DNA of 63,620 nt, the filler included, from Rhabdomonas costata (lineage: Eukaryota), in assembly GCA_019059605.1 (NCBI GenBank). It is 43 parts of 43 records of this genome, joined end to end, with 100 filler letters (N's around TTAATTAATTAA, not from the genome) between each part and the next. Parts side by side here need not be neighbours in the genome. Positions count along the whole stretch, not along the records: positions 51,876 to 53,251 come from JAHMHO010017621.1; positions 53,352 to 54,732 come from JAHMHO010017622.1; positions 54,833 to 56,213 come from JAHMHO010017623.1; positions 56,314 to 57,695 come from JAHMHO010017624.1; positions 57,796 to 59,176 come from JAHMHO010017625.1; positions 59,277 to 60,657 come from JAHMHO010017626.1; positions 60,758 to 62,139 come from JAHMHO010017627.1; positions 62,240 to 63,620 come from JAHMHO010017628.1; 35 more parts are not named here. One strand, 5' to 3'. Below, one piece after another: positions 52,006 through 63,620 of this stretch. The notes beneath the pieces are model-generated. The model had not been told where the DNA came from and made no database searches. It was given only the letters and a program-made list of their open reading frames with translations. Position 1 is the first letter of the stretch; each line of letters opens with the position of its first letter. A program made the position numbers and the translations under genes.

Positions 52006-52645
52006 ATGAGCATCATTGATGCCGCGAGGTACGGCAACCTGCCAAAGATCAAGCAGCTCATCCAGACTGGTCCGCGTGTGCGTCGGTTGCGGTGTAAAAT
52101 CGGCCCCATATCACGCAAACGCGTACGAAACCGCTCCCTCTCTCCCTCCAAGACTTCAATAGAAGAATTTGTAGATTGTCCCTTCCGGGGACTCTTTTCA
52201 GTGCATTGCATTGGTCATGGGTCTGTAGTGAGTCTGCACGGGGCTTCGATGAGCTACTAGTCCCGGATGGCATTTAGCAAGCCGCAGATTAACACAATGT
52301 CATTTGCTTTGTGAGAAGGTAGTGAGTCGTCATGAATACATGAATACGGGGGGCATCGCCGCTGTCTTTGCGTTAAATCCCATGTGAGGAAATGCACTTT
52401 ACTTTCACTGCATGGAAGTCATGATTGGGGTTTGTGGTTTTTGTGTTTCCTTAATTGTCTAAAATTTTCCATTTCCTTTGAGTATGGCAAGTGTTTTTGC
52501 AAGGTGCTGTCTTTGAATCTATTGTACCTCCCTGAAGCCTTGTTTGTATGGGTTCAGGTACGGACGTCAACAAGGAGGATGTGGACGGGAAGACTGCGCT
52601 ACATTGGGCGGCCCTGAGCGGGGACCTGAAGATCGCGGAGTTCCT
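52006..52645 (+). CDS. Ankyrin-repeat protein N-terminus, exons 52006-52069 and 52558-52645
   Basis: MSIIDAARYGNLPKIKQLIQT|GTDVNKEDVDGKTALHWAALSGDLKIAEFL. Confidence 0.9.
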
Positions 52646-52810
52646 GTTTGTCTCCAGTGTGTGACTCGCGCAGATCCCCCCCTCCCCCCCAGTGGAAGCC
52701 TCTGATAGAAGTCTTTTTTAGAAAGACAGAAAGCGAATGCTTGGTTTCGTGGTGGGACATATTTAGCTGTATGGGCGGTGCGCGTTTTAGGCACCCAAGC
52801 TGAGCTTAAG

Positions 52811-52884
52811 CGTATAGCATATATATGCTATATATATAGCATAGCGTATAGCATATAGCATATATAGCATATATATAGCATATA
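52811..52884 (+). repeat. (TA)n-GCA variable microsatellite, partly self-complementary
   Basis: tatagca/tatatagca units directly visible. Confidence 0.85.
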
Positions 52885-53352
52885 CAAGCGTATGGTGAAA
52901 AGGAAAAGACGACTGAGCACAGTATCCGGACTCTCAAGCACGGGGAAAAGGCTGTCAACCCAATAATTCTTTCAGAACTTACAGAAATCCAACAGCCGCA
53001 CAGGGTCCCGCCTGCCAAGGGCGTACAAGGGAGCGTACAAGATTTGTAAGAGCACAGGCATTGGCGAGAAAGAGGGCTGTACCGAAGCAGCCCTGGGGTC
53101 TTTTGCATATACAGCAGGCCTCCCTGCGTGGCCGGGCAGAATTTCCTCACCCTCGGCCGGTGACGATGACAATGGGCTGTTTCGTAGCCCTTTTTTTCTT
53201 GCCACACGTGCTGTGGGTTTACGACAGTACCCACAACTTAGCAAAAAAACANNNNNNNNNNNNNNNNNNNNNNNNNNNNNNNNNNNNNNNNNNNNTTAAT
53301 TAATTAANNNNNNNNNNNNNNNNNNNNNNNNNNNNNNNNNNNNNNNNNNNNT

Positions 53353-53713
53353 CAATAACAAGGAGAACGAGCGTGCCCAGCACGTCCGCTTTGAACTTGG
53401 GGTGTGGGAGCTTTCGGCGCGCCTCTCGGAATCCACCACCACTATTAGCACTGCTAGCAGCGCTACAATTGCCGCGCCATCGCCCACCGCCGCCGCAGTG
53501 GCTCACTTCTCCGCCCACCTCGTGGCCCATCCCGAGGACCGCGCCGCGCAGTGGTACCGCGAGCACGCCGAGACGTGGGTGGGGCTGAGGCACCCCAAGT
53601 GGGGCCAGGCCGCGCCGCTAGGCCTGCAGCTGCTCAGCTCTGGCCCGCCCTTGTTCTCTTCGGAAAGCCTCATTCCCTCACGCTCAGCGCGGGTGGGAGC
53701 TGTGGGGCAGTGA
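53353..53713 (+). CDS. Probable terminal exon of a hypothetical protein (C-terminus resembles the tail of some cyclase-domain proteins)
   Basis: GC3-rich open frame ...AVAHFSAHLVAHPEDRAAQWY...stop. Confidence 0.4.
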
Positions 53714-55559
53714 TGCGGCTTTCGCGGCTTTTCAGCAGAAACGAGATGGAAGGAGTGAGGGGAATAGGGATATTGAGTCTTCATGTTGAAAAGCAACATC
53801 GTCTTGATAGGGTCCCACCCCCACCCCGACGCGCACACACATGACCATTTTTTCGCACATGCGCAGTTGACCAACACGTGCACAAAAGGCCTAAACATCT
53901 GTGCCTCTTCCTTCAGTATACGCACGAAAATATTTGGCTGCTCGTTTGAGCCCATGAAACAAGGGACAGTCATTTTTCCACGCTCACGTTCATTCCGAAG
54001 ATACACATTCGGAACTGTGTGAGGCTGTGGATTTGGAATTTATGCGTGCAGTTTGGCACCTTGTAACACTATCCACTTCCACCCTGAGCACATATTTACA
54101 CACACCCATTCAAACGCCCCCCCCCACACACACAACCTCGTCAGCAAATTTAGAAAGAGAGATTGTGTGTGTGTGTGTGCACCTTTGAACCTTAGCACCG
54201 CTTTTTGCGCTTGTCCCACGTGGTTCGGAGAGAAAGCCCCAGAAACCTGCTTCAAGAGCCAGCATCCTTAGCATAGTAATACCCTGCGCCATGTGTGGTG
54301 TGAGCTGCTGGTATGCTCTTTGGGAGGGCGGGGAATGAATTAAGGAAGGCACTCACACGCCCATGAGTGCGACCTTCGCTTTGCCTCCTTCCTTCTTGGA
54401 CTCCCCAGAGTAGCGGCTGGCAGTTCTGTTGTTGGGCTCTCGCTGCAGTGGGGAAGGAGTGTTCACGGTTACCAGTTGGATACAGTTGGTTGCCAATTAA
54501 TTGGACCGTACAAAAATACTAATTTAAAGGTCACCTTGCTGCCCCAGCCGCCCGTTTCAGCTTTAAATGCTGGGCCAGTCGTCCATACTCAGCCAGCAGT
54601 GAATTAGAGATGCTTACCAAAATTTCTCATATAGGGAGCACTTGCACAGTTTTTCTATGCCCTTTCGAGGGACCTACCTGATCACCACAGTTGTCTCTTT
54701 TCTGCTACCCACACCCCCAAACGCACCAACACNNNNNNNNNNNNNNNNNNNNNNNNNNNNNNNNNNNNNNNNNNNNTTAATTAATTAANNNNNNNNNNNN
54801 NNNNNNNNNNNNNNNNNNNNNNNNNNNNNNNNTTTGTTTGTTCCACTGTTTCCCCCCTCTCACCGTGTGTTGACTAGGACCTTGAAGGTATGTGAAATGT
54901 TAGCTATGATGCAAAGTGTCTGCCGAACCACAACCACAACTGCGCTTTTGCGTGGACTAGCGTCGTCCAAGGTGGCTGTTTCGACATCCCTTCCGCCGCT
55001 ATACATTTCGAGTAATGCGTGAACTGTGGAGTTGTTAACCGATATATTGTTCACTTCATCAGGTCAGGCCCAACAGTTAGCGATCAGTCCAAGGTAATTC
55101 CGCTTCCCCTCTCCGAAAGATGGGCGCAAATTATCATGTGTTTCGCTGTCCTCATGTCAGCGCTTTCAGTTCAAGAAAAGAAGTTTTAGTGCCTTACCTT
55201 CAGGTTGGTGACGGTCAGCGGATGTCTCCTTGTACGTTGGGCCCTGAGATCGGTGGCGCGGAGGAAACGGAGGATGTTGGTCAAGACAGAGTGAAACACC
55301 ACGCTATTAAGAACTTCTTTGTGTGAAGTGTGGATTCTCCCACGCTAGTGTGGCCCATTGCGGGGCCTCGCCATGTACGTTACACCGCATTGGCACTCGT
55401 GTGAAATTGATAGTAATCACTTTGTAACACAACCCTCTGAAAGTTTTTCTTTCGGGGTTGCGGGTAAATGACTTCTTGTGGATTTATGGCAAGTGGAGTT
55501 TGCAAAAGCGCACAAATGAATTTTCATTTGATAGGAAGCCAGTTAATCTGAGCATGAGA

Positions 55560-56000
55560 ATCGAAATTGTTCGGAATTTTATGCAGGGCTCTAACCTGCC
55601 TTCACGTGAACAGCTGACTTTTTGTTTGGGAACTGAGCTATTCCGAATAACGTGTGGTATCTGCAACATTGAGGCACGACACATAGGTTTAATATTTTTA
55701 CTATTCTGAGTGGTGACTGTTGGTGGAGTCTGAGCATTGGAGCATAAATGGCGACTGGCCGAAGTTCCACTCGGTTGTCCAGACCTGCAATTGTTCATCC
55801 CTGCACAATTCCACCCTGCAATGATGATGAACATGATCAAAGCACTGGACCCCTACCACCAGCGCAAGGTGGTGAAAAATCCCAAGCCAGTAAGCTTTGA
55901 AGAAGCCATTGCTCGTGCATGGAAGGCTTTTCGCACCACCGGTTCCGCTGTCTGCACCCGTTGCTCTGAAGGCCTGCACGCCGTTCGTACCGCCTCCCGT
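55560..56000 (+). mobile_element. Degenerate retrotransposon gag-like relic
   Basis: MIKALDPYHQRKVVKNPKPVSFEEAIARAW (capsid C-terminal-like), followed by CTRCSEGLHAVRTA (CX2CX4H knuckle with the last Cys lost). In-frame stops upstream. Confidence 0.4.
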
Positions 56001-56339
56001 GGCGGTACGTGGCATTCTTGGCAGCCGATGCCCCGTTGACCAGACTCAAAGACCGCTCCCTTCTATCGATTGCCTGACCTTGTTCGGCGTCTTTTTCTCT
56101 CTCTCTGTCACTCTCTCCCTCCCTCTCTCCCTCTCTCTCCCTCTCCCTCTCCCGGATTCTAAAAAGGCATCGGTCGTTAAACTGTACCGCTCCACAAAGT
56201 GCCCCACACAAACNNNNNNNNNNNNNNNNNNNNNNNNNNNNNNNNNNNNNNNNNNNNTTAATTAATTAANNNNNNNNNNNNNNNNNNNNNNNNNNNNNNN
56301 NNNNNNNNNNNNNCCCTCCCTCTCCTGCATCTCCTTAGA

Positions 56340-56950
56340 GCACCTCCATCATCACCGCCTTTGAATGCTACCTTCTCTCATTGATTCTACCCACATCCAT
56401 CCTCCGCCAGCCTTTGTGTTTCTGCGTGGGCTCACATGTTCTGCTCTCATCTCTCCACGTCGGGCGTTCCCGCTTGCACTGAAACTCCGTCAAGGCCATG
56501 TCTCGTCTTCATAACACCGAAGGCCCCTCGTGGCTCAACGCATTTCCCCAATCATCCCAATGCCATCCACTATTCGTCATCCTTCTTCAATGGACCTTTC
56601 TGTGTCAGATCTACGTTGTAAGTTGTATACGGCCCACATACATCTTTACCACACATTTTTGTGTCAGGACTGCGAAGCACACACTTTCCGAGGTCTGGCG
56701 CGTCCTGCCCTCCATCTCTACTCGCTTGACCCGTATATCAATCTTCCTACCCAACCATCACTTGTTCAACTCCTCAAGCGCCCTCGCATACTCGCGCAGC
56801 CTTGCCACTCATGGTCAACGGAGCACCATCACATGGCACACATTTCGGATAGCAGGAGCTGCAATCCTCATCAAACTTGGGGACCCGCTTCCCTCCAGTG
56901 CCCTGGGGACTTTGGAGAAGCCACAGCACTATCCAAAGCTTGGTGAGGAC
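56340..56950 (+). mobile_element. Degenerate tyrosine recombinase of a DIRS-order (VIPER/TATE/Ngaro-like) retroelement
   Basis: TWHTFRIAGAAILIKLG.PL at 56831-56890 and, after a frameshift, WGLWRS: the HxxR and G.W.S box of retroelement tyrosine recombinases. Confidence 0.5.
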
Positions 56951-57956
56951 CGAGCGTACCACCTCAGGGTGTGGAGCGAGGGACGTCAGAGGCACCGCAG
57001 GTAGGTAGGCACTCCAGGTACCGAGAGTGCAGGTAGGGGTTAGAGGAGGAGCGTACCACCCTATGGTGTGGAGCGACGACGTCAGAGGGTGCACCCCTTG
57101 TGGTGTAGGGGGTACTGGTATTCTGCATTCGGTCTTGGGGTTCTGAGTTCTGAGTTCTGGGTTGGGTTCTGTATTCGGGTTTCATACATTTAGGGAGTAT
57201 ACGACCAGCTATTTTTCACGCAAGTGGCCCCCAAGAATACGCAGTGGGTATCAAGTGCATGTGAGTAAGTATCAAGACTACCATACTTGCCTCTCTCTCA
57301 TCTTTACATTCATTTGGAACTCAATTGGAAACATGCACATGATGCACATAAATGATACATCAAGAGGTCTTACCGGCATCTCAGAATCAATTGGATGGGG
57401 GCCTCTACCTCGCTCCGGTTCGGCCTTCTCTACCCTTTCCTCTTTCGCTTTGCTCTTTTGCCGGGCCATGGTGTCATATACTCGGACTGTGCGTTTTCCC
57501 GACTTGCCTCGGTCAAATGTTCTTGCTCTTGCTTCCCATTCATCCTCAACTTTCTTCCGATTCAGCTTTTTTCCTATATCCTCCATGACTTCCGCACCGG
57601 GTATCCAAACGCAGCGCTTCCCATCAACTCTTGAGCTTTTCTGAAGTCTTATCTCTCCAACAGAATTTATTTACGCTCCTGCGGCACCAACCCCCNNNNN
57701 NNNNNNNNNNNNNNNNNNNNNNNNNNNNNNNNNNNNNNNTTAATTAATTAANNNNNNNNNNNNNNNNNNNNNNNNNNNNNNNNNNNNNNNNNNNNGGGGT
57801 GTTGGACTCAGGTTGGAAGGAGTGCTTTGCTTCTCTGTGCGAAAAGCCAGAGGAGGAGGCACTTTTCCAAGCGTCCATCCTAACCCGGTCGGACCTGCCC
57901 TTTTGTCCCAACCCAGACGTGCACTCTCAGTAAGAGAGACTCACACGCACACATAC

Positions 57957-58778
57957 GTTCAGGGAGATTGCCCGTCCCGCCGTGGCGATGTCTTCCAGAA
58001 TTACCTGCTCCACCTCCGGCTTTTCGCACAGAGAAGCAAAGCACTCCTTCCAACCTGAGCCCAAGACCGGTGGCTAGGGAACAAATCAGCTGAGGATGCG
58101 GGAGCAAAGAAAATCTCCATGACATAATTGAACATGCCACTTCACTCTATACATATTGCAGGTTGCCAGGTTAGCGAAACAGGGAAAGCCTCCGGAGGGA
58201 AGAGAGCCAACCATAGAGCTGAAGAAGCAGTACCCTTGCTCGCTCCCTCTGGCGTCAAAGCTTTTCCCCACCATTTTCGTTGTAGCCCAAACCCCGAGAA
58301 ATAATTGGATCAGTTGGAGGAAGAAAGCTCTCCCTTTCGCAGGTGTGTGTGTGGGTGGGTGTGGGTATGCACCGGAAAACCACCAGTCACTATCGCGTTG
58401 GTAATCGAGTGCGTAATGTGCAATGGCATATCTGTCACAGGCCTCCAAACAAGAGACCGGAGCTGTGCGCATTTTCAGCGCTGGTGTACTTGCTCTGGTC
58501 TGTGGTGGCTAAGCAGAAGCGGGTGTGGGGGTGCACACCGGGCTCGCGGAAGCCCACCGTGTCTGGCCAGCCCTGGGCCTGGGCCCACGGCATCAGGGCG
58601 ATGGGGTCGGGCACCACCACGGCGACCAGGCTGTCGGAGAGGCTGCTGCCAGTAATGAAGATCTGCCCCACCAGTGGCGCCGCCGTGGTCAGCGCACCCT
58701 CCAGGCGCTCGGGACTGATGTATTCGCCCTGGCTCAGCTTGAAGAGGTTCTTCTTGCGGTCAATGATAGAGAGGGTGC
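57957..58778 (-). CDS. Long-chain acyl-CoA synthetase, exons 58778-58539 and 58054-57957
   Basis: GTLSIIDRKKNLFKLSQGEYISPERLE...LVAVVVPD...|GWKECFASLCEKPEVEQVILEDIATAGRAISLN. Confidence 0.93.
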
Positions 58779-59058
58779 CTGTGGGTGACGAACCGCGCCT
58801 GCGCCGCACTGCACTTTGCGATGGCGTTCGCTTTCCTTCCCTTGCACTTGATACGAAGAAGGTAAGCACCACAAAAATTGACCAAGGCCTTGTCTGCGCA
58901 CATGAGCATGGCCACAAAAGTGCGCCCGTACCGACTTCATCCTGTCCAAGCCAATACATTAAAAACCCACTGCGTGCAACGAAGTGTCGACCCTCGCCGG
59001 GCTGGGCCGAATGCTCAGCGGTGGATGTTCACGTGAGTGAGCGGGTGGATGGTGTGCG

Positions 59059-59176
59059 CAGACGCAAATCCAAAAACCTGCCTTGCAACTGTAACTTTTG
59101 CCTCAAAGACAAAAACTTACATACCAGACGCACATCCAAAAACCTGCCTTGCAACTGTAACTTTTGCCCCAAAAAC
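59059..59176 (+). repeat. Tandem duplication with a 66-bp period (two copies, cut by the contig end)
   Basis: CAGACGCAmATCCAAAAACCTGCCTTGCAACTGTAACTTTTGCC at 59059 and 59125. Confidence 0.9.
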
Positions 59177-59382
59177 NNNNNNNNNNNNNNNNNNNNNNNN
59201 NNNNNNNNNNNNNNNNNNNNTTAATTAATTAANNNNNNNNNNNNNNNNNNNNNNNNNNNNNNNNNNNNNNNNNNNNGTTTTTTGTGTAATCATTTTCCCT
59301 TTGCAATGCTTCTCACCGAAACACAAAAGAAACGAAATTTCATGCTGAAGGGTCACCCACGTTGCTGAAGCTTTTGCCGCAC

Positions 59383-60486
59383 CTTCTTTAGGAATCGAGG
59401 ACAGTGCCCTGGCCACGAGGGTGTTGACTCCAGAGGCGATATACTCCACGGACTCCCGCGCAGCAGCGGAATCTGACACCGAAGTCCACCAAACAACCCC
59501 AAACCCCACCACTCTAGCAACTCCAACGCCTCCACGCCCGCCTCGACGTGGAGGCGGTGACCAGAAGTTGGACTTTGCAAGGAGGGCAGGCGGGAGAATG
59601 GGGTGACCTGTGCCCTAGTATAGTTCGTGTGTTTGGACCGAGGACGAGAACTGTCTTGCACATGAGATTTGCTGTGCATCTGCATTGCTGTACCTCTGCC
59701 GTGAGCAGCTGGTTTGTGTGATGCCCCTTATTGCGCATGGTGGGTAAAAGGCAGATACTAGCTGAACAAAAAAGAAAAGCGGAAACCTAAGAAGGGAAAG
59801 AGAACACGCTTGAAAAAAAAAGTAAGAGAAGGAGCGCATCCCATATCTGGCTGACTTGTCTGAACAGGTGGCCACAAGCCATAGAAAGTATTCTATTGTA
59901 ATCGGATGCGCAAGAGGTAAAAGTGGTCTTGCCAAACATTCAAAAATCCCCCCAAAAAAAGCCGAAGCTCTGACCGCCAGGCCACGACTAGCACTGCAAC
60001 GGGATCCGCAGAGCGCAGGAACAAGATTCCCCAAAAAATACCAATCTTCAACTCCCGCAGGACGAAGGCGAGAATGGTGTAGGTGGCGAGGTTGGGTGTC
60101 ACCCCGGCCTCCTCAAACAAATCCTTCGATGCCTCGAACAGTGAGCTGATCTTCTGCAGACGATCCTTGGGCTGAAAGCGAAAGGATCATTAAAGAGAGC
60201 AGGTGCGTAAAAAAACATTTCCGGAGAGCACACCGTTTTAGGGCCACTGCCCTTGCATCGCCTTGTCGCCGCACCACGGCATTGTGGGCAGGGATCATGA
60301 CGACAACGTAAAACTTGAGAGCGGAAGCTCCAGTGCGTAAGCGTTTATATTCCAATGCTATTGAACAATCAACGGCCACGATTGCTCGTTCCACGCGTAT
60401 TCCTCTCCATTTCACCACAAAAAAACACTTATCATTTGTCAGTTCTTCTCCCCCATACACCCATTTCGACAGAAAGTTCTTCATCA
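59383..60486 (-). CDS. PPR-like protein, three short exons
   Basis: LFEEAGVTPNLATYTIL (PPR G..PN..TY..L). In-phase GT-AG joins (exons 60153-60042, 59472-59383). Confidence 0.5.
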
Positions 60487-61129
60487 CCTGCAGCCGGGCT
60501 TCCGCTGCATCGCTTTGGAGCACCGAGGGTAAAAAAAAAAGCAAAAAAAAATGTGGGTAAAATGAAGTAAAAGCAAATGCGTCAATGACTGCGTCGACAT
60601 TACATTGCTATGCGCCCAGCAACGATTGGGCATGATCCCACAGTCCACCAAATCGAANNNNNNNNNNNNNNNNNNNNNNNNNNNNNNNNNNNNNNNNNNN
60701 NTTAATTAATTAANNNNNNNNNNNNNNNNNNNNNNNNNNNNNNNNNNNNNNNNNNNNTCCAGTTTCAGCCAAATGTTTGGTTCCACCGGAGTTGAAAAGA
60801 TGATCTGGTAAAATATTGTGAAGCTGAAAAATAAAGACACCCCTAATTCCACCCTCCAGGAGAAAACGCCGACGACATCACACAAATTGGACTGACACCC
60901 ACAAAAACGCAAGTGCGGCAAGCGCGAGCAGGACTGAACAGAATAAGACAAAGCGCGCGCGTAAGAAACGACAGGAGACTGACAATAGTCGAGAGCAATA
61001 CCACAGGACGAATTAAACATACCCCAGCGCACGATGTGTTTGTTTCCTCTCCTCTTGTTTGTAGCTCCATTGTTCACTTGTTGTGTTGCTCCACCGTTGT
61101 CAGTTGCATCGGTCCATCCCAAAGCATAG

Positions 61130-61850
61130 CAACTTGTGGAGGGCCAGTGACTGATGTGCAGGAGCGTATGGGCAAGCCTCATGTGAGATGCAAGAGAAAT
61201 GGATCCAGATATGGATTTCATGTACAACACGCTCCTTGTTAGAAGGCTGTCTATTCAAGCTTCTCTACCTGTTCTACTTCTGGAGTAATGACAGCGCTGG
61301 ATCCATGGCTGTGGACATACTCGGTCTGGATGACCATACTGTTGCTCTATGGAGCCAGCGTTTGAGGATCTGTGTTGCCAACGCTAAAGCAGCTGCGGAG
61401 CGTCCTCTTGGTGTGAAGGTTTATGAGCTTAAATGCGATGTGTGTGAGGTTGGCCGTGCTCACAATGGCATGTATGGAGACAAAACTATCGTGAAAGGTG
61501 ACATTTGGTGGTTGAGATGCAGATCTGCTTGGAAGGTTATCCTTGAGCTTTTCGACAAGTGGCAAAATGGCGACGAGATCGAGCGCAGGTTTGGTCCTCC
61601 TATGGTGGAAGATGTGAAATATCTCTGCCTCGCAAATATCAATAAAGGCTCTATTCTATTCACTGAAGGAGCTCTATGTTACCATGCTGTGGCCAAAAAG
61701 GCGTACTTTTCCACGATTACGTCGATCGTGGAAACGGTACTCCATCTGTTGCGGAGGCGAAGCGAGGTGAGAGCTTTAGGGGACACGATGTGTCTCCACT
61801 AGCAGTCCAATCAACCGGTCAGAATTGGAGAGATCGAGGAACCTAGATAC
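61130..61850 (+). mobile_element. Degenerate Merlin / IS1595 (ISXO2-like) DDE transposase
   Basis: Zn-ribbon remnant TCGG...VRC; SLLEG..KLLYLFYFWS; HTH ILGLDDHTVALWSQRLR; NINKGSILFTEG..CY..V (IxPGS.I.TDG..Y); frameshifted FHDYVD (H..VxH); VST. Intronless. Confidence 0.6.
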
Positions 61851-62968
61851 GTAAGAATCACATCTTTATACCGAATGCTTGAAAGGTTGGCCCGGTTGGA
61901 TTGAGCGTGCCGGAAGCGAGAGCCGAGGATTGGGAGACATTTACTTTGCCTCCATCGTTGCCTCAATTGTTCTTGCCCGTGCTTCGTTTGACCAAACCCA
62001 ACTATTGAGATTTTGTTGTTATTAACTTCGTCCTGCTGAGTATCCTAACAAAAGGCTGAAACACGCAAGAGGAAGTTCCATGCAGAGCCACCAACCACCT
62101 CCGGCAACCGATCTGTTGAGGTATCGATCCTACGCATTGNNNNNNNNNNNNNNNNNNNNNNNNNNNNNNNNNNNNNNNNNNNNTTAATTAATTAANNNNN
62201 NNNNNNNNNNNNNNNNNNNNNNNNNNNNNNNNNNNNNNNTGGGGGTGCGTAAATGTGCGCTGCTCTAATTGCCGTGGATGTTGCTTTGCAATGCACCCCA
62301 AGCCCCTCGTAGTGCGACTTGCTCAACGCTTCCTCCAGCTCCTGCAATTTTTTTCTTTCTCTCTGGATTTGCGCTTCCCTTCGGAGCAATGCAACTTGCT
62401 CTTGGGTTTGTTGTGCACACAGCTTCAGCTTTGCGACCTCGTCCCGCCAAAGATCCATGAGATTCAATCTCTCCTCTCCTTCAAGCTGTATCCTCAGTGC
62501 TGCTCTCCGAGCGATGCTCTGCTGTGCTCTCTTCGCCAACGTGGCGTTCCATCAGCTCATCAACTTCCAGCTCCATCCTTTTATCTTGCTCCATGCCGCA
62601 CAGCCTGCGCCAGGTCGCATCGTTTAGTATCCCGCATTTTCCTTTCACCATCGCCTGAAGCTTCTGCCTCTCTCTGGATGCTTCAAATGTCAGTTGCCAT
62701 TGTGCTACCACGTTCTCATCCCAACGCTCCGTGGGCAGGCGCTCCCCCCGCCGACTGCGTCCCGCTCTCACTTGCTCCCGTCGTCTTTCCCGCTGCTTCA
62801 CGCTGGGGCAACTCTCTGCTGAAATGCAACTTCTTTGCTGCGTCCACATCTTCGGAGCTTTACGCTGTTGAGTGGGTCACCACATGTTGTGTCATGTTGT
62901 GAGGTTTGAAAGAGCAGTGATTTGGAGCAATGCCGTCGGACCCCACTAACTCTAGGGGGAGGGGACAC

Positions 62969-63070
62969 CTGCCGATGCAACCCGCGGACCAAAATCTCGA
63001 CGAATTCGGCGTCCACATTCAGCCCGCGCCCGTCTTCAACGTACGCGCCCAGCACCCCAGTGAGCTGCTC
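62969..63070 (-). CDS. Internal exon of a hypothetical protein (EQLTGVLGAYVEDGRGLNVDAEFVEILVRGLHRQ)
   Basis: cgcag| ... |GTGTCC boundaries, GC3-rich. Confidence 0.4.
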
Positions 63071-63461
63071 CTGCGAATGCGGAAGGATGGAAATGGCCAG
63101 CATCGATCCGACATTTCAGAGATGATCTCTGGTTGAGAATGATAATTTGGCGGGACGATGCACTGCGACAACTTCTCTCCAGTTGGCGGAATTTCATTTT
63201 GAAACATGGGTAAATATTAAATATTGGAGTTGCGCGCAAATTTACCAAAATTCTCAGCACAGACATTGGCGCACATTTACCGGAGAAGCTCCGCATCGGA
63301 AAAAAGCGTGCAGAAGGCTGCGGTAGAGCTCAGGCTCAAGAGAGACGCTCAGTGAGGGCAGCTCCTGAAGCAACTGTAAAAGGGATGGAAGGAGGACATT
63401 CAAAGCTCGCAACTATGGACGACACCAAACCACACAACCACATAAGACTCAAAAGGTCGTC

Positions 63462-63580
63462 AAAAGACGATAGTGTTTACTATAACCTTTCAAAAGACGA
63501 CAGTGACCAGAAAATGACGATAGTGTTTACTGTCAACATTTTCTACACACTATCGTCTTTTTCCGTCACTATTGTCTTTT
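63462..63580. repeat. Array of five ~14-bp AAAAGACRAYAGTG motifs, three direct and two inverted
   Basis: Direct copies at 63462, 63492 and 63512; inverted copies at 63548-63561 and 63567-63580. Confidence 0.85.
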
Positions 63581-63620
63581 GGATTCTCGATGATAAACCC
63601 GCAAGTTTTGACAACCAATC

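Noticed and set aside
57801-58060. Inverted copy of an acyl-CoA synthetase acceptor and exon as a splice-regulating RNA hairpin
   Set aside because: Starts at the contig edge, and mismatches are confined to the primer-derived outer end and the inner priming end, as expected for a fold-back artefact.
62300-62849. Frameshifted coiled-coil-like ORFs
   Set aside because: No recognisable domain or splice structure; possibly repeat-derived, cannot be called.

Overview
This window is not contiguous DNA. It is 43 unrelated contigs of about 1.38 kb joined by an artificial 100-nt spacer (N44-TTAATTAATTAA-N44), so nothing can be inferred across spacers. Most contigs are intron-rich nuclear gene fragments of a euglenozoan, most likely a euglenid: there is a euglenozoan-type beta-tubulin, an articulin-like VPV-repeat protein and a receptor-type adenylate cyclase. 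Introns are GT-AG, with one well-supported and one probable GC-AG. Other recognisable fragments include a P4-ATPase, myosin, RBR E3 ligase, WNK-like kinase, PARP, Prp22-like and DExH helicases, alpha-L-fucosidase, long-chain acyl-CoA synthetase, SDR, ankyrin, PPR-like and several cysteine-rich surface proteins. The most unusual contig (35573-36954) is very AT-rich and intronless. It carries two type I restriction-modification specificity (HsdS TRD) fragments that the ORF track misses, plus the N-terminus of a B12-dependent class II ribonucleotide reductase, and is a candidate giant-virus-derived or other foreign sequence. Three other segments (16303-17687, 34091-35472, 38537-38926) form a compositionally distinct non-coding class with shared motifs and GNA mini-hairpins. 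Relics of a Merlin/IS1595-like transposase, a tyrosine-recombinase retroelement and a gag are also present. G/T-only contig starts and fold-back contig ends point to whole-genome-amplification artefacts. All protein calls come from motif recognition by eye, not database searches.
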